Assembly: GCA_031409335.1 (NCBI GenBank)
Contig: JANNWY010000111.1
Coordinates: forward strand, 1-51,712
Length of the DNA stretch: 51,712 bases
Source: Chthoniobacteraceae bacterium
Lineage (GTDB): Bacteria; Verrucomicrobiota; Verrucomicrobiia; Chthoniobacterales; Chthoniobacteraceae
Direction of reading: 5' to 3'
A program made the translations under genes and the position numbers. Of the stretch, positions 18,142 to 28,600 are shown piece after piece; the first letter of the stretch is position 1, and every line of letters starts with the position of its first letter. The notes beneath the pieces are model-generated. The model was given only the letters and a program-made list of their open reading frames with translations. It made no database searches and was not told the origin of the DNA.

Positions 18142-19359
18142 GTGAAGTTTCTCCCCATCTTCGCCGCCGCCTCTTTTCTGATCGCATCCGTCCGTGCCGA
18201 TCAAGTCGTCGTTTGGTCGGACGGCTTTCAGACATCCGCGACCGGGTTCGACATCAACATCGAACCCGCGCGCCAGCTCGGGACGCCGGTGACTTACGTG
18301 GGAAATCCACGGCCTCCCGCGACGCTGGCGAACGACTATCACCAGCAAATCATCGGTCCCAATGCGCCCTTCGGCGACCGCCTGCTGCTCGCTGGCGATG
18401 GTGCGGCGGGCCTGCCCTCTCCCGATCCCACGGTGGGGATCGCGATGGTCTCGCCGAATCGGAACTTCAAAGGCCTGGCCCCGGAAGGAGCCATCGGCAC
18501 GCGCATCACGGTCGATTTTAACGTCTTTGCCAACTCCAACAACACGGGCCGGCACCTCGTGCATGGCGGCATCACCATCGGCGCCTCCGCACCCGTCACC
18601 GCCAGCGCGGCGGCAGTCCCGCATTTTGGCGTGCGGATGGTGGAGGACACGTTCAGCGTCCCGCCCGGTGGGAACTATCTGCAATTCTACGACGGCGGGA
18701 CGGTGGTTGGAAATCTCGTGCCGCATACCGCCGGGACCGGTTCCATTTCCCTGGACCTGCGCGTCTCCGATCCCGCGGACGGAGACCCTTGGGATGGCGC
18801 TGGTTCGACGAAGATCGAAGTCTATGTCAATGCCGCCAAGGTAGGGCAATACGAAAAGACCGGCGGAGGTTATGCCAATAACTATATCACTCTGGAAGGC
18901 TCTCCTGACTTCAATGGTTTTGGGCTTGCCCTTCACCATATTGATAACCTTGCCGTCTGGGCGGGTGTGACGCTGACGCCCCTGCAAGTGTGGCGGCAGT
19001 TGAATTTTGGAAGTTACTTCTCCACCGGAATAGGTGCGGACACCTTCGATGCGGACCAGGACGGGATCGTAAATCTCATCGAGTATGCCGCCGGCACCAA
19101 CCCCAACAAGGCTACTGATACCCCGCTGAAAATCGCCGCCGGGCCGCTGCTCACCGTCACCTATCGCAAAGCCCTGCTGGCCACGGATGTCACCGTCCTT
19201 CTGGAGAAGTCACCGGACTTAACCCCCGGCTCATGGGTTCCCGCAGGCGGTGTGGACGTGGAGACGGCGAACAACGGCGCGATTGCCACCTACAGCAGAA
19301 GCATCCCGTCCACCGGACTGTCGCGCAATTTCGTGCGCTCCCGCGTCATCATTCCCTGA
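18142..19359 (+). CDS. Secreted protein, uncharacterised beta-rich domain (paralog A) plus DxDxDG..EY..GT.P C-terminal module
   Basis: GTG start and signal peptide. Shares LLLAGD, VEDxF..GN..QFYDG, PWDG and GGG(Y/F).NN(Y/F)I.LEGS with the next two genes. Confidence 0.85.
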   Translation: MKFLPIFAAASFLIASVRADQVVVWSDGFQTSATGFDINIEPARQLGTPVTYVGNPRPPATLANDYHQQIIGPNAPFGDRLLLAGDGAAGLPSPDPTVGIAMVSPNRNFKGLAPEGAIGTRITVDFNVFANSNNTGRHLVHGGITIGASAPVTASAAAVPHFGVRMVEDTFSVPPGGNYLQFYDGGTVVGNLVPHTAGTGSISLDLRVSDPADGDPWDGAGSTKIEVYVNAAKVGQYEKTGGGYANNYITLEGSPDFNGFGLALHHIDNLAVWAGVTLTPLQVWRQLNFGSYFSTGIGADTFDADQDGIVNLIEYAAGTNPNKATDTPLKIAAGPLLTVTYRKALLATDVTVLLEKSPDLTPGSWVPAGGVDVETANNGAIATYSRSIPSTGLSRNFVRSRVIIP

Positions 19360-19398
19360 ACCGTCTATCTTTCTAAAAGCTATCAACCCACACTCCTT

Positions 19399-20964
19399 GT
19401 GAATCCGAAATCATTAGCCCGCGCCTTCGCCCTCCTTTCGCTCGTTTCCACCTGCCACGCCTGCCATCTGTGGACGGATGAATTCAATCAAGACGACACC
19501 TTTAACATCAGAGACTTCATCAATCGGCAGGTCTTCGCCACGGGTTCAAACCTAGTTGCGCCGGTTGGTTTCCTGACTAATGCCGTTAACCCCCCTCAGC
19601 CGACAAATTATCACGAACAGATTCAGGGCCATAAGCTGCTCATCGCCGGCGATTCGCTGATCGGCACCTATGATCCAAACCCGCTTTTGAACACGTACGG
19701 CCTGTCCCTGGTCGCCCTGAACAGAAACTTCAACGGCGTCACCGCCGCTAATTTTGCAGCCGGGGTCGTTACCCAATGCGGGAAGCTGTCGCTCATTCTC
19801 GATGCGATGACGAACGCCGCCCCCGGAACCTATGGCTACGCGGGGCTCACGGTCGGTGGAAATACCATCGCGGCCTCCACGACGGTGGGGTTCAGCATCC
19901 GTTTCGTCGAAGATAACAGTTTCGGCTTCGGGAATTTCATCCAGTTCTATGACGGTCAAACGTTGATCCAAAACCTGATCCCCAATCCGGCGGGAGCTGG
20001 CTCCATGAATGTGGAATTGGAGTTCAGCGATTCGGACAACAATCCCTGGGACGGAGTCGGTGCCACCACCATCAAGGTGTATGTCAATGGCACTCAAGTC
20101 GGCAGCACTTTCACGAAGGGCGGCGGCGGCTTCAGCAATAACTTCATCACGATCGAAGGATCGGATGACCAGGTGACTCACAACCTGGGTATTCACACCG
20201 TTGACACGATTACCATCACGGCGGGTGTCTCCCTAACCGTTCACACCGGTCAAACAATCACCCAGAGCACCAGTCTGACTTTGGACTGTCTCGTGATCGA
20301 AGATGGCGGCACGTTCATTCTCGGGTCGCCCGGACCGGCCCCGAGTGCGCCCATCCTCACTGCATCGACAGACAATCCTCCTTCAATCGTGCCCGGTTCG
20401 ACTCCGACCCAAACCGCCGTGGTGGTCAGCCCTCCCAGCCCAATCCCAGCCACGGAATCCGTTTCCCTTGCGGGAGGGCAGGGTAACTATGGAGGCTTGC
20501 TCGAATCGGGTAACGCCAAACCGGGTGTGGCCAGCTTCATGGTAAGTCGCAACGGTCGCTTCACGAGTTCGATCCGGTACGAAGACCGGCGCTACAGGCT
20601 CAGCGGGAAGTTCGACAAGCTGGGGCATTTTGCAGGGCTCGCCCGGAGCCAGGGCTGCGCGCCGCTGGCGGTGGCACTGAGTCTCGATGCCGCGGAACTT
20701 ACCGGGATGATTTCCGACGGCGGCAGGCAGACTGCTTTCGCAGCGGCTCGCGCCGCGTTCACTGCGAAAACCAATCCCAATCTGCCAGCAGGCCGCTATT
20801 TCCTGGAACTGCTTCCTAGAGCGACCGCGGCACCCAGTCTCCCAATTGCTTCCGGGCAGTTGCGGGTGCAATCCAGCGGCTCTGTACGGTTGGTCGGGAA
20901 ACTGCTCGACGGGACACCTTTCAGCCTCGGAGGGACTTCCGCGATGATTCCGCTACCGAAGTAA
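19399..20964 (+). CDS. Secreted protein, same domain (paralog B) plus Pro/Ser linker and a different, possibly truncated, C-terminal beta domain
   Basis: First ~275 aa are collinear with 21028-21930; Pro/Ser/Thr-rich linker. Confidence 0.85.
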   Translation: MNPKSLARAFALLSLVSTCHACHLWTDEFNQDDTFNIRDFINRQVFATGSNLVAPVGFLTNAVNPPQPTNYHEQIQGHKLLIAGDSLIGTYDPNPLLNTYGLSLVALNRNFNGVTAANFAAGVVTQCGKLSLILDAMTNAAPGTYGYAGLTVGGNTIAASTTVGFSIRFVEDNSFGFGNFIQFYDGQTLIQNLIPNPAGAGSMNVELEFSDSDNNPWDGVGATTIKVYVNGTQVGSTFTKGGGGFSNNFITIEGSDDQVTHNLGIHTVDTITITAGVSLTVHTGQTITQSTSLTLDCLVIEDGGTFILGSPGPAPSAPILTASTDNPPSIVPGSTPTQTAVVVSPPSPIPATESVSLAGGQGNYGGLLESGNAKPGVASFMVSRNGRFTSSIRYEDRRYRLSGKFDKLGHFAGLARSQGCAPLAVALSLDAAELTGMISDGGRQTAFAAARAAFTAKTNPNLPAGRYFLELLPRATAAPSLPIASGQLRVQSSGSVRLVGKLLDGTPFSLGGTSAMIPLPK

Positions 20965-21852
20965 GACCCAGGGACATTACTTCCGTCTATTTCACCCCCA
21001 CCTAACAACAACAAACAACACCATATTATGAATACGAAATCGCTCGCCCGCGCCTTCACCCTCCTGCCGCTTATTGCCACCTGCCACGCCACAGACCTGT
21101 GGACGGATGGCTTCAATCAGCCCGACAGTTTTAACATCAGAGACCTCAGCGGCCGGCAGGTGTTCGCCACGGGTTCCAATCTGACACCGCCGATTGGCTT
21201 TCTGACCAATGCCGTTACCCCCAGCCAGCCCACGAACTATCACGAGCAAATTCAGGGCAACAAGCTGCTCCTGGCCGGCGATTCGGCGATCGGCACATTC
21301 AATGCGAATCCGTTGTTGGATACGTTCGGTCTGTCACTGGTCGCGCTGAACAAAAACTTCAACGGCCTGACGACCGCTGCATTTGTGGACGGTATTGTCG
21401 CCCAATGCGGGCAGCTCACGCTCAGTCTGGATGCCATGACCAACTCCGCCGCCGGAACCTATGGGTACGCGGGGCTTACCGTCGGTGGAAGCACCATCGC
21501 GGCTTCGGGAACGGTGGGGTTCAGCGTGCGGTTCGTTGAGGATAACCAGTTCGGCAACGGCAATTTTATCCAGTTCTATGATGGTTCTACGTTGATCCAA
21601 AACCTGCTCCCTAATCCGGCGGGCGCGGGTTTGATGGATGTGGATTTGTATTTCAGCGATTTGGACAACAACCCCTGGGACGGGATCGGTGCCACGACGA
21701 TCAGCGTTTTTGTCAACGATATCCAAGTCGGCAGCACCTTCACGAAAGGCGGCGGCGGGTTCAGCAATAACTTCATCTCGCTGGAAGGTTCCGACGATAA
21801 GGTGACGCACAATATCGGTATTCACACCGTGGATAGCATCACGATTGCCGCA
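19399..21852 (+). repeat. Diverged tandem duplication of ~825 bp (19399-20223 vs 21028-21852)
   Basis: Ungapped alignment of the translated N-terminal domains with long identical stretches (e.g. GTYGYAGLTVGG, TFTKGGGGFSNNFI). Confidence 0.85.
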
Positions 21853-21930
21853 GTCCCGGAGCCCGGCACCGCAGTGCTCGCCGGCCTCGGGGTGCTCGGT
21901 CTCCTGAGCCGCCGTCGTCCTGCGGCGTAG
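21028..21930 (+). CDS. PEP-CTERM sorting domain protein (paralog C)
   Basis: C-terminal VPEPGTAVLAGLGVLGLLSRRRPAA; signal peptide. Confidence 0.92.
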   Translation: MNTKSLARAFTLLPLIATCHATDLWTDGFNQPDSFNIRDLSGRQVFATGSNLTPPIGFLTNAVTPSQPTNYHEQIQGNKLLLAGDSAIGTFNANPLLDTFGLSLVALNKNFNGLTTAAFVDGIVAQCGQLTLSLDAMTNSAAGTYGYAGLTVGGSTIAASGTVGFSVRFVEDNQFGNGNFIQFYDGSTLIQNLLPNPAGAGLMDVDLYFSDLDNNPWDGIGATTISVFVNDIQVGSTFTKGGGGFSNNFISLEGSDDKVTHNIGIHTVDSITIAAVPEPGTAVLAGLGVLGLLSRRRPAA

Positions 21931-21933
21931 TCT

Positions 21934-24900
21934 ATGAAAAAGCTCCTCAGCCGCAGTGTGATTGCGGCGGTGGCGCTCTGCGGACTTCTACTTCCACCAG
22001 CACAGGCGCAACAGCCGGTCATTAGTGAGATCGCCGCCGCCACTTCTCAGCAGACGTTGCGGAAAGACTCCGCGGGTCTGCTGCGGATGGGTTCCGGCAC
22101 AGCCTGGTATGAGCCGGGCTATGATGCCTCATGGTGGCCGTTTGGGCATGGTCGGTGGGGCTACGGTTATAGTGCGGGGACTAATACCCAGACGGCCATG
22201 CAGGGTCGTACCGCCACGCTCTATCTGCGGCGGGAATTTCAGGTGACTGCGGCGCAGGCCGCCAGCACACTGCCGCTATTTTTATATCGGGACTATGACG
22301 ATGGCTGCGTGGTCTATCTCAATGGCCGCGAGGTCGGCAGGCGCAACGCGGGGCCGGCTGGTGCGTTTGTCTTTGCCACGCAGAATGCCTACAACATCCG
22401 TGCCTCTGGGGCGACGGAAGTGCAATCCATGGGAGCGGCGAATGCCTGGCTGGTGCCCGGCACGAACGTCATCGCGGCACAGGTGCTCAATCATACGATG
22501 GACGATGCGAGCATGGATTTTTCCGCCACTTTGGTCATGCAGGGTCCGGTGGAGTTTGCCACGGCAGCCGATGACTGGCGCTGGCTGCCGGGCCTGTGCG
22601 AGCCGAGTGGCGGCGTGACCGATCACAATGACTGGACGACAGCCATCGCCTCGCCGCTCGCACCGGCTCCCGAGTTTCTCGACTGGATCGAACTGCACAA
22701 TCCCGCCGCCGCACCGGTTGACCTTAGCGGCTGGTGGTTATCCGACGATCCGGCGCAGTTGGCGAAATGGACGTTCCCCGCAGGCACGTCGATTCCCGCC
22801 GGGGGACGCCTCGTGGTCGCCGCCTCGGGGCGCAACGTGATCGCTCCGCCGCCGGGTGGGATGCTGCATACGAATTTCAAACTTAAAGACAGTGGCGAAA
22901 CCGTGGTGCTTTCCTCGCCTGCCGGGGCCGTGGTGAGCGCGATGGCTTATCCGAGCCAAAGTGCCCATGCCAGCTACGGACTGTCACCCGTGGGTGGGTC
23001 GCTGAGTTATCTGGAAAAGGCCACGCCCGGCCTGCCCAATGCCGGGCCGGTCTTCAACGCCGCACCGGAACCGCCGGTGGCGGATAAGGAAAGCGGCCAC
23101 TACACAGGCACCTTTAGCGTGGCACTCACCGCAGCCGCGCCCGGCGCGATCATTCGCTATACGGTGAATGGCAGCGAACCCACCGTCACCAGTCCGCTTT
23201 ACGCGGTGCCGTTCGATCCCACTTCTCCTGCGGGCGCATCGCCCCGCTGGGCATGTCTGCGGGCGAGGGCGTTTGTGGCCGGGGCACTGCCTTCGGCCAT
23301 CCTCACGCGGACCTATCTGGTGAACTACGATGCCCGGCTGCGCACCCTGCCTTCGCTGTGTCTCAATGGCGATCCCTCCACCACGTTCTATGGACCGAAC
23401 AGCCTGCTTTCCATTGTTGGCGGCAGCTACACCGGCACGGGTCCGTTTGGGCTGACAAATGTCTGGAAACCCACCGATGCGGCGGTGGACTACAACATTC
23501 CCACGCAATATGGCAAAGCGTGGGAAAAGCCCGCGGAGTTTGAAATCCTCGATGCCCTGCCCGGTGCTCTGCCCATTCGCACCGATGCCGGGCTGCGCAT
23601 TTCCGGCAGCGTCGCCGTGCGGCCTTACTATACTTTTCCCAATGCACAAACCACCCGCTGGGATGGGAGTTTTCTCACCAAGCCATCGTTCAATCTTTAC
23701 TTCCGCGATGACTACGGCGGCGGTCAGTTTGACGGTGCCATTTTCCCGCCCTCGACGGTCGCGAACCACACCAGCTTCCGCCTTCGCGCCGGTCACAATG
23801 ACTATCTGAACCCATTTTTCAAAGACGAGCTGATGCGGCGGCTCTTTTACGATACCGGGCATTCCGCGCTGCTGGGGCGGCTGGCAAATCTCTACATCAA
23901 CGGCCATCACAAGGGATACTACAGCCTTATCGAGCGAGGGCGGGAGGACTTCCTCCGTGAATGGTATCAGGTGGGCAGCGGTTACGATGTCATCGCGCCT
24001 TTCACCGAGGATGCGTCCGATGGCGACAAGGTGGTGCATGATGCGACGCTGGCCTTTTTGCAAACGACCAATTTCACCATGCTGGCCAACTACCAATCCG
24101 CCGCCAGTAAGATAGACCTCGATAACTACCTCGACTATATCCTTATCAATGCGTGGGGAGCGACTGGCGATTGGCCGACGAATAACTTCATCGCCTACCG
24201 CGAGCGCACCACCGCGCCAGCCATCGGCCCGTGGCGCTACCTCATGTGGGACGCGGAGGGAGCGATGGGTGACTTCGGCCACACGGTGAACTACAACACG
24301 TTCACCGCCGACCTGCGCAACGCCCCGTCGCTGCTCATCACGACAGCACCCTATCGTTATTTATGGCCTTCCGCGGAGTTCAAACTGAAAGCCGCCGACC
24401 GCGTGCAGCGTCTCTTTTTTCACAACGGCGCGATGACCCAGGCGAACATTCAATCGCGATTCCTTACACTGCGCGATGAGATGAATCCGACCATGCAATA
24501 TGTGCGCGGTGTGCCGGTGAATGAGACCTTCTTCAATAACTGGTGGCCCACGCGGCGCGGCATCCTTTTCACGCAATTGCAGGGCGAAGGCTTCTGGCCT
24601 GCGACGCTCGCGCCAGTCTTCGCGCCGCACGGCGGCAGCGTGGCGACGGGCAGTATCGTTAGCCTGACTAATCCAAACGCCACCGGGACAATCTATTACA
24701 CGACCAATGGCGAAGACCCACGCCTCCCCGGTGGCGCGGTGAATTTCAACGCGCTGACCGCCGTGAGCGTGGCGATCAACGAGCCGACGCTGCTGAAGAG
24801 CCGTGTGCTCAATGGCGCGGAATGGAGCCCGCTGGAGTCGGCGACGTATTCCACGACACCCGCGCGCATCGTTGTGAGCGAGATTTTTTACAACCCGCCT

Positions 24901-25674
24901 GGGCAAGATGAGAGGGGGGAGTTCATGGAGCTGATGAACGTGGGACCGACCACCGTTTCGTTGAGCGGACTGCATTTCACGGAAGGTCTCGACTATACTT
25001 TTACCAGCGGCACCCTCGCACCCTGCGCGCGGCTCGTGCTGGTAAAAGACGCGGCAGTCTTCGCCGCGGCGCATCCCGGCGTGACGGTGGCGGGAGTCTA
25101 TGCGGGCTCGCTCAACAACGGCGGCGAATTGCTCGAACTCCGCGACTTGGCGAATGGCGTTGTGTTTAGCTTCATCTTTCCCACCACATTCGGCGACGGC
25201 GATGGGCGCTCGCAAGTGCTCCGGCGTCCCGCGACGGCGACCAATGCAACATCCGCAAACGCGACTTCGTGGCGGCCTAGCGTGCAATCCGGCGGTAATC
25301 CCGGCGCGTCGGACTCCGCGACTTTCACCGGACTTGCCGCCGCCGATGCCGACCACGATGGGTGCAAGGCTTTGCTGGAATATGGCTTCGGCACCAGCGA
25401 TGGGGACGGGCAATCGCGGCCTGTCATCCCGACGATCTTTGGAAACGATGGCACGATCTCGGCGACCGCTCCGTGGGCCATCGCAGCGGACGATGTGGAC
25501 ATCATCGCGGAAACTTCCACCGATCTCCAAACGTGGATGCCCGCGCCCGCCGCCCCGACATTCACAGTGCCCGCGAGCGGCGGCGTCGGCACGAGGCGCT
25601 GGCAAATCGCCGCGCCCGTCCCCGCGCCGCAGCGATATTTTTTCCACCTGCGGGCCATCCAAATAACGCCATGA
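21934..25674 (+). CDS. CotH kinase family protein with lamin-tail and chitobiase/FN3-associated domains
   Basis: DWIELHNP..VDLSGWWLSDD (LTD); IRYTVNGSEPT; LYING..KGYYSLIER; DWPTNN; W.YLMWDAE; second LTD SEIFYNP..EFMELMN. Confidence 0.9.
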   Translation: MKKLLSRSVIAAVALCGLLLPPAQAQQPVISEIAAATSQQTLRKDSAGLLRMGSGTAWYEPGYDASWWPFGHGRWGYGYSAGTNTQTAMQGRTATLYLRREFQVTAAQAASTLPLFLYRDYDDGCVVYLNGREVGRRNAGPAGAFVFATQNAYNIRASGATEVQSMGAANAWLVPGTNVIAAQVLNHTMDDASMDFSATLVMQGPVEFATAADDWRWLPGLCEPSGGVTDHNDWTTAIASPLAPAPEFLDWIELHNPAAAPVDLSGWWLSDDPAQLAKWTFPAGTSIPAGGRLVVAASGRNVIAPPPGGMLHTNFKLKDSGETVVLSSPAGAVVSAMAYPSQSAHASYGLSPVGGSLSYLEKATPGLPNAGPVFNAAPEPPVADKESGHYTGTFSVALTAAAPGAIIRYTVNGSEPTVTSPLYAVPFDPTSPAGASPRWACLRARAFVAGALPSAILTRTYLVNYDARLRTLPSLCLNGDPSTTFYGPNSLLSIVGGSYTGTGPFGLTNVWKPTDAAVDYNIPTQYGKAWEKPAEFEILDALPGALPIRTDAGLRISGSVAVRPYYTFPNAQTTRWDGSFLTKPSFNLYFRDDYGGGQFDGAIFPPSTVANHTSFRLRAGHNDYLNPFFKDELMRRLFYDTGHSALLGRLANLYINGHHKGYYSLIERGREDFLREWYQVGSGYDVIAPFTEDASDGDKVVHDATLAFLQTTNFTMLANYQSAASKIDLDNYLDYILINAWGATGDWPTNNFIAYRERTTAPAIGPWRYLMWDAEGAMGDFGHTVNYNTFTADLRNAPSLLITTAPYRYLWPSAEFKLKAADRVQRLFFHNGAMTQANIQSRFLTLRDEMNPTMQYVRGVPVNETFFNNWWPTRRGILFTQLQGEGFWPATLAPVFAPHGGSVATGSIVSLTNPNATGTIYYTTNGEDPRLPGGAVNFNALTAVSVAINEPTLLKSRVLNGAEWSPLESATYSTTPARIVVSEIFYNPPGQDERGEFMELMNVGPTTVSLSGLHFTEGLDYTFTSGTLAPCARLVLVKDAAVFAAAHPGVTVAGVYAGSLNNGGELLELRDLANGVVFSFIFPTTFGDGDGRSQVLRRPATATNATSANATSWRPSVQSGGNPGASDSATFTGLAAADADHDGCKALLEYGFGTSDGDGQSRPVIPTIFGNDGTISATAPWAIAADDVDIIAETSTDLQTWMPAPAAPTFTVPASGGVGTRRWQIAAPVPAPQRYFFHLRAIQITP

Positions 25675-28600
25675 AAACGACACTCAAACACGAAGCGATG
25701 CGACACCTTGGAGTGCGGACGCTTGCTTTGTTTTTCGCGCTGCTCTCGCCGCTGGCGGCGCAGACGCTGCAACTCGATCCCATCGGCGTCGGCGCAGCGG
25801 TGACGGTGACTGGCTCGGGCGGACAGCCGACTTCATCGGTCGAGTTGTTTCGCAATGATGTGTCGCTCGGTTCCACGGCGACCACGGCGTTTGGGCTGTT
25901 TAGTTTTCCGTCGGTCGCGACGGCGAATGGCGATGTTTTCTACGCGGCGGCGGGGCAGGTTTGGAATTTTGACTCGTCCGGCCAAAGTGAGGGCTGGAGC
26001 GGGCTGGCGGGCGATTCGACGGTCGTGAGCGGCGGGCGCATCGCGCTGACGAACACCACCGGCACCGACATCTCCGCGACGCTTTACGGCGACGGACTTA
26101 TCCGCACGCGGGTCCGTGCGCTGGAAGTCCGCGCACGCATCACCGCCTCCGCGCCGCGCAACCTCAGCATCATCCTGCACTCGACCGGCGCGAATGGCGT
26201 CGCGGGCGGTGGCGACGATGGCAGCAGCACACTCGTGAACACGGCGACGCTCGCGCAAACGGCGGATTGGCAGACGCTCGTCTTCGACCTCGGCGTGGAC
26301 CACAACGGCGCGGCGACCGCGTGGGTGGATGGCTCCGCGCCGCTCGGCATCGTCTTTTTCATCGGCGGTGTCGCGGTGGGTGAAATGCTGGAAATTGAGT
26401 CCGTGCGGCTCACCGAAAGTCTCGCGTGGGAATTCACCAGCCCCGGCGATTTCGCCGAGTGGAAGGCGCAAAGCCCGACCACGTTCGCGGCTCCCGGCGG
26501 CACGATGCAGCTTACCGCAGCAGCGGCGGGTTCGGTGGCGATGGCGCGGCCCTTTCGGCCCATCGGCTCCACGCATTTTGTCTCCCTGGTGACTCGCCTG
26601 CGGCAAATCACCGCGACGCAGCCGAATCAATGGACGCTCGGCTGGTTCAGCAATCCCGCCGGTTACGGCACGGGCACGCGGACCATCACGGGCACACTCG
26701 GCAATGGCACTTTCCAAAAATTCACCGTGGACCTCACCACCGCGCCGACCACCGGAAATGCGTGGGGCGCGGGCGGCGCGGCTACGATGAATACGCCATC
26801 GGCGGGATACCGCGCATTGCTCGCCAGCGCAGCGGGTGAAAGTGCGGAGGTGGATTACGTTCGCATCCATCCGGCGGTGCGCTACGGCCCGAGCGTGGCA
26901 GTCACGGCGGCGGGCGCAGCGGTGCCTCCTGCGTATTTCATCAGCAGCAGCGGTGGCCATGATTTGAACAACGGTCGCAGCGCAGCGACGCCGTGGGCGA
27001 CCTTTGCAAATCTCGACGGCTTCACCCTCGGTGCAGGCAGCACGGTGAGCCTCAAGCGCGGCGATACTTGGGCCGCGAGCCGTCTTCATATTTTGGGAAA
27101 AGGAACGCCCGGCGCGCCCATCACGCTTACCGCTTATGGCGAAGGCGCGATGCCGCTCATCACCGGACAAAACCTCACCACTGCGCCGTGCATCCAGTGG
27201 GAAAATCCGTCTGGCGTCCGTATCGATTCGCTGCACTGCCGCGATGCGAAAATCGGCATCTACCTCCGCTACACGGGCGGCAATCTCGACGGCACCGGCG
27301 CGATGTTTAATAACAGCAATGTCCACATCACCGCGTGCCATTTTGAAAACATGGACGAGCGCTGGAGCGCAGCGGACGGCACCATCACCGTGGTGCCACC
27401 CTACGAACTTTCGTTCGGCGCGGGCGTCTGGATTGGCGGCAACATTCCCTCGCCGCCCGGCGGCCCGTGGGCTTCGACGAGCACGCCCATCCTCGACGAT
27501 TTTTCCGTCACCTTCTGCGGGTTCAAGGATGTGAGCATGGGTGTCGGCGCGAACTTTTATTTTCCGCCGGTGTATAAAAGCCGCTTCACGAATTTCCGCC
27601 TCGAAGACTCATGGGTGACGGGTTGCGAGGCCGGCTCCTTCGCCCTTTTCTACGTGGATGGCGGACACGCGCGGCGGGTGGACACCTGGCGCGGCGGCTC
27701 GGTGTTTTATGCCACCGGCACCACGGCGGGATTTCTCCAGGACTGCAAAAATTTCACCGTGGCCGATTGCGAATTTGCCGGCAACAAACGCAACAGCACC
27801 GCCCACGACGGCGTCGGCTTCGACATTGAGGGCGACTGCGACAGCATCACTTTTACGAACAACGTGCTGCACGACAACGACGGCAGCGCGCTGCTCATCC
27901 TCAACACCGTCGCCAATAACACGGCGCTCGGCATGACGGCGAACACGGTCTGGAACAACGCCCGCAATCCCCTGAACAGCGGCGAGAACAACGAGTTCCG
28001 CCACAACCCAACGGGTAGCACGGGAACCTTCAGCAACATCGGCGTGTATCGCGGCGCGAATAACGCGTTCGGCGCGGTTGCGCTCTACGACAGCTCGGCG
28101 CGGTGGACTACGGATTTTGCGCCAAGCAACATCCGCAGTTCGACGAGCTGGGCCTCGGTGTCATCGCGGCCTGTCGCGTGGGATTTCGTCAGCTCCGTCG
28201 AAGGCTGGGGCTCGCAGAATCAATGGACGAGTTTTGCCGCGTCGGGTGGAAGTCTGACTGGCACATCTTCCGGCGTGGACCCTTATGTGAGCGGTCCTTC
28301 GACGTGGGTGAATACGCGCGAGCGCCGCTGGGTGCGCGTGCGGATGAGCCAGACGGCGGGGAGCGTGGGGCAGATATTTTTTCAGACGGAAACGGACGCC
28401 ACTTTCACCGCTGGAAAGAGCATCGCCTTTCCCATCATCGCCGATGGCGCGATGCGCGAATATGCCGTGCCCGTCGGCGACGCGGCGGAGTATCGCGGCG
28501 TGGTGACGCGCTGGCGGCTCGACCCGACGGACGCGGCGGGTTCAACGATGGCGGTGGATTTTTTTGGTGCGCAAGCAGACCCGGCTCTCGTCTTGGTCAC

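Noticed and set aside
19361..20990. CCGTCTAT upstream of paralogs B (19361) and C (20983) as ECF sigma -10 elements
   Set aside because: No matching -35 at the right spacing. More simply explained as a remnant of the tandem duplication.
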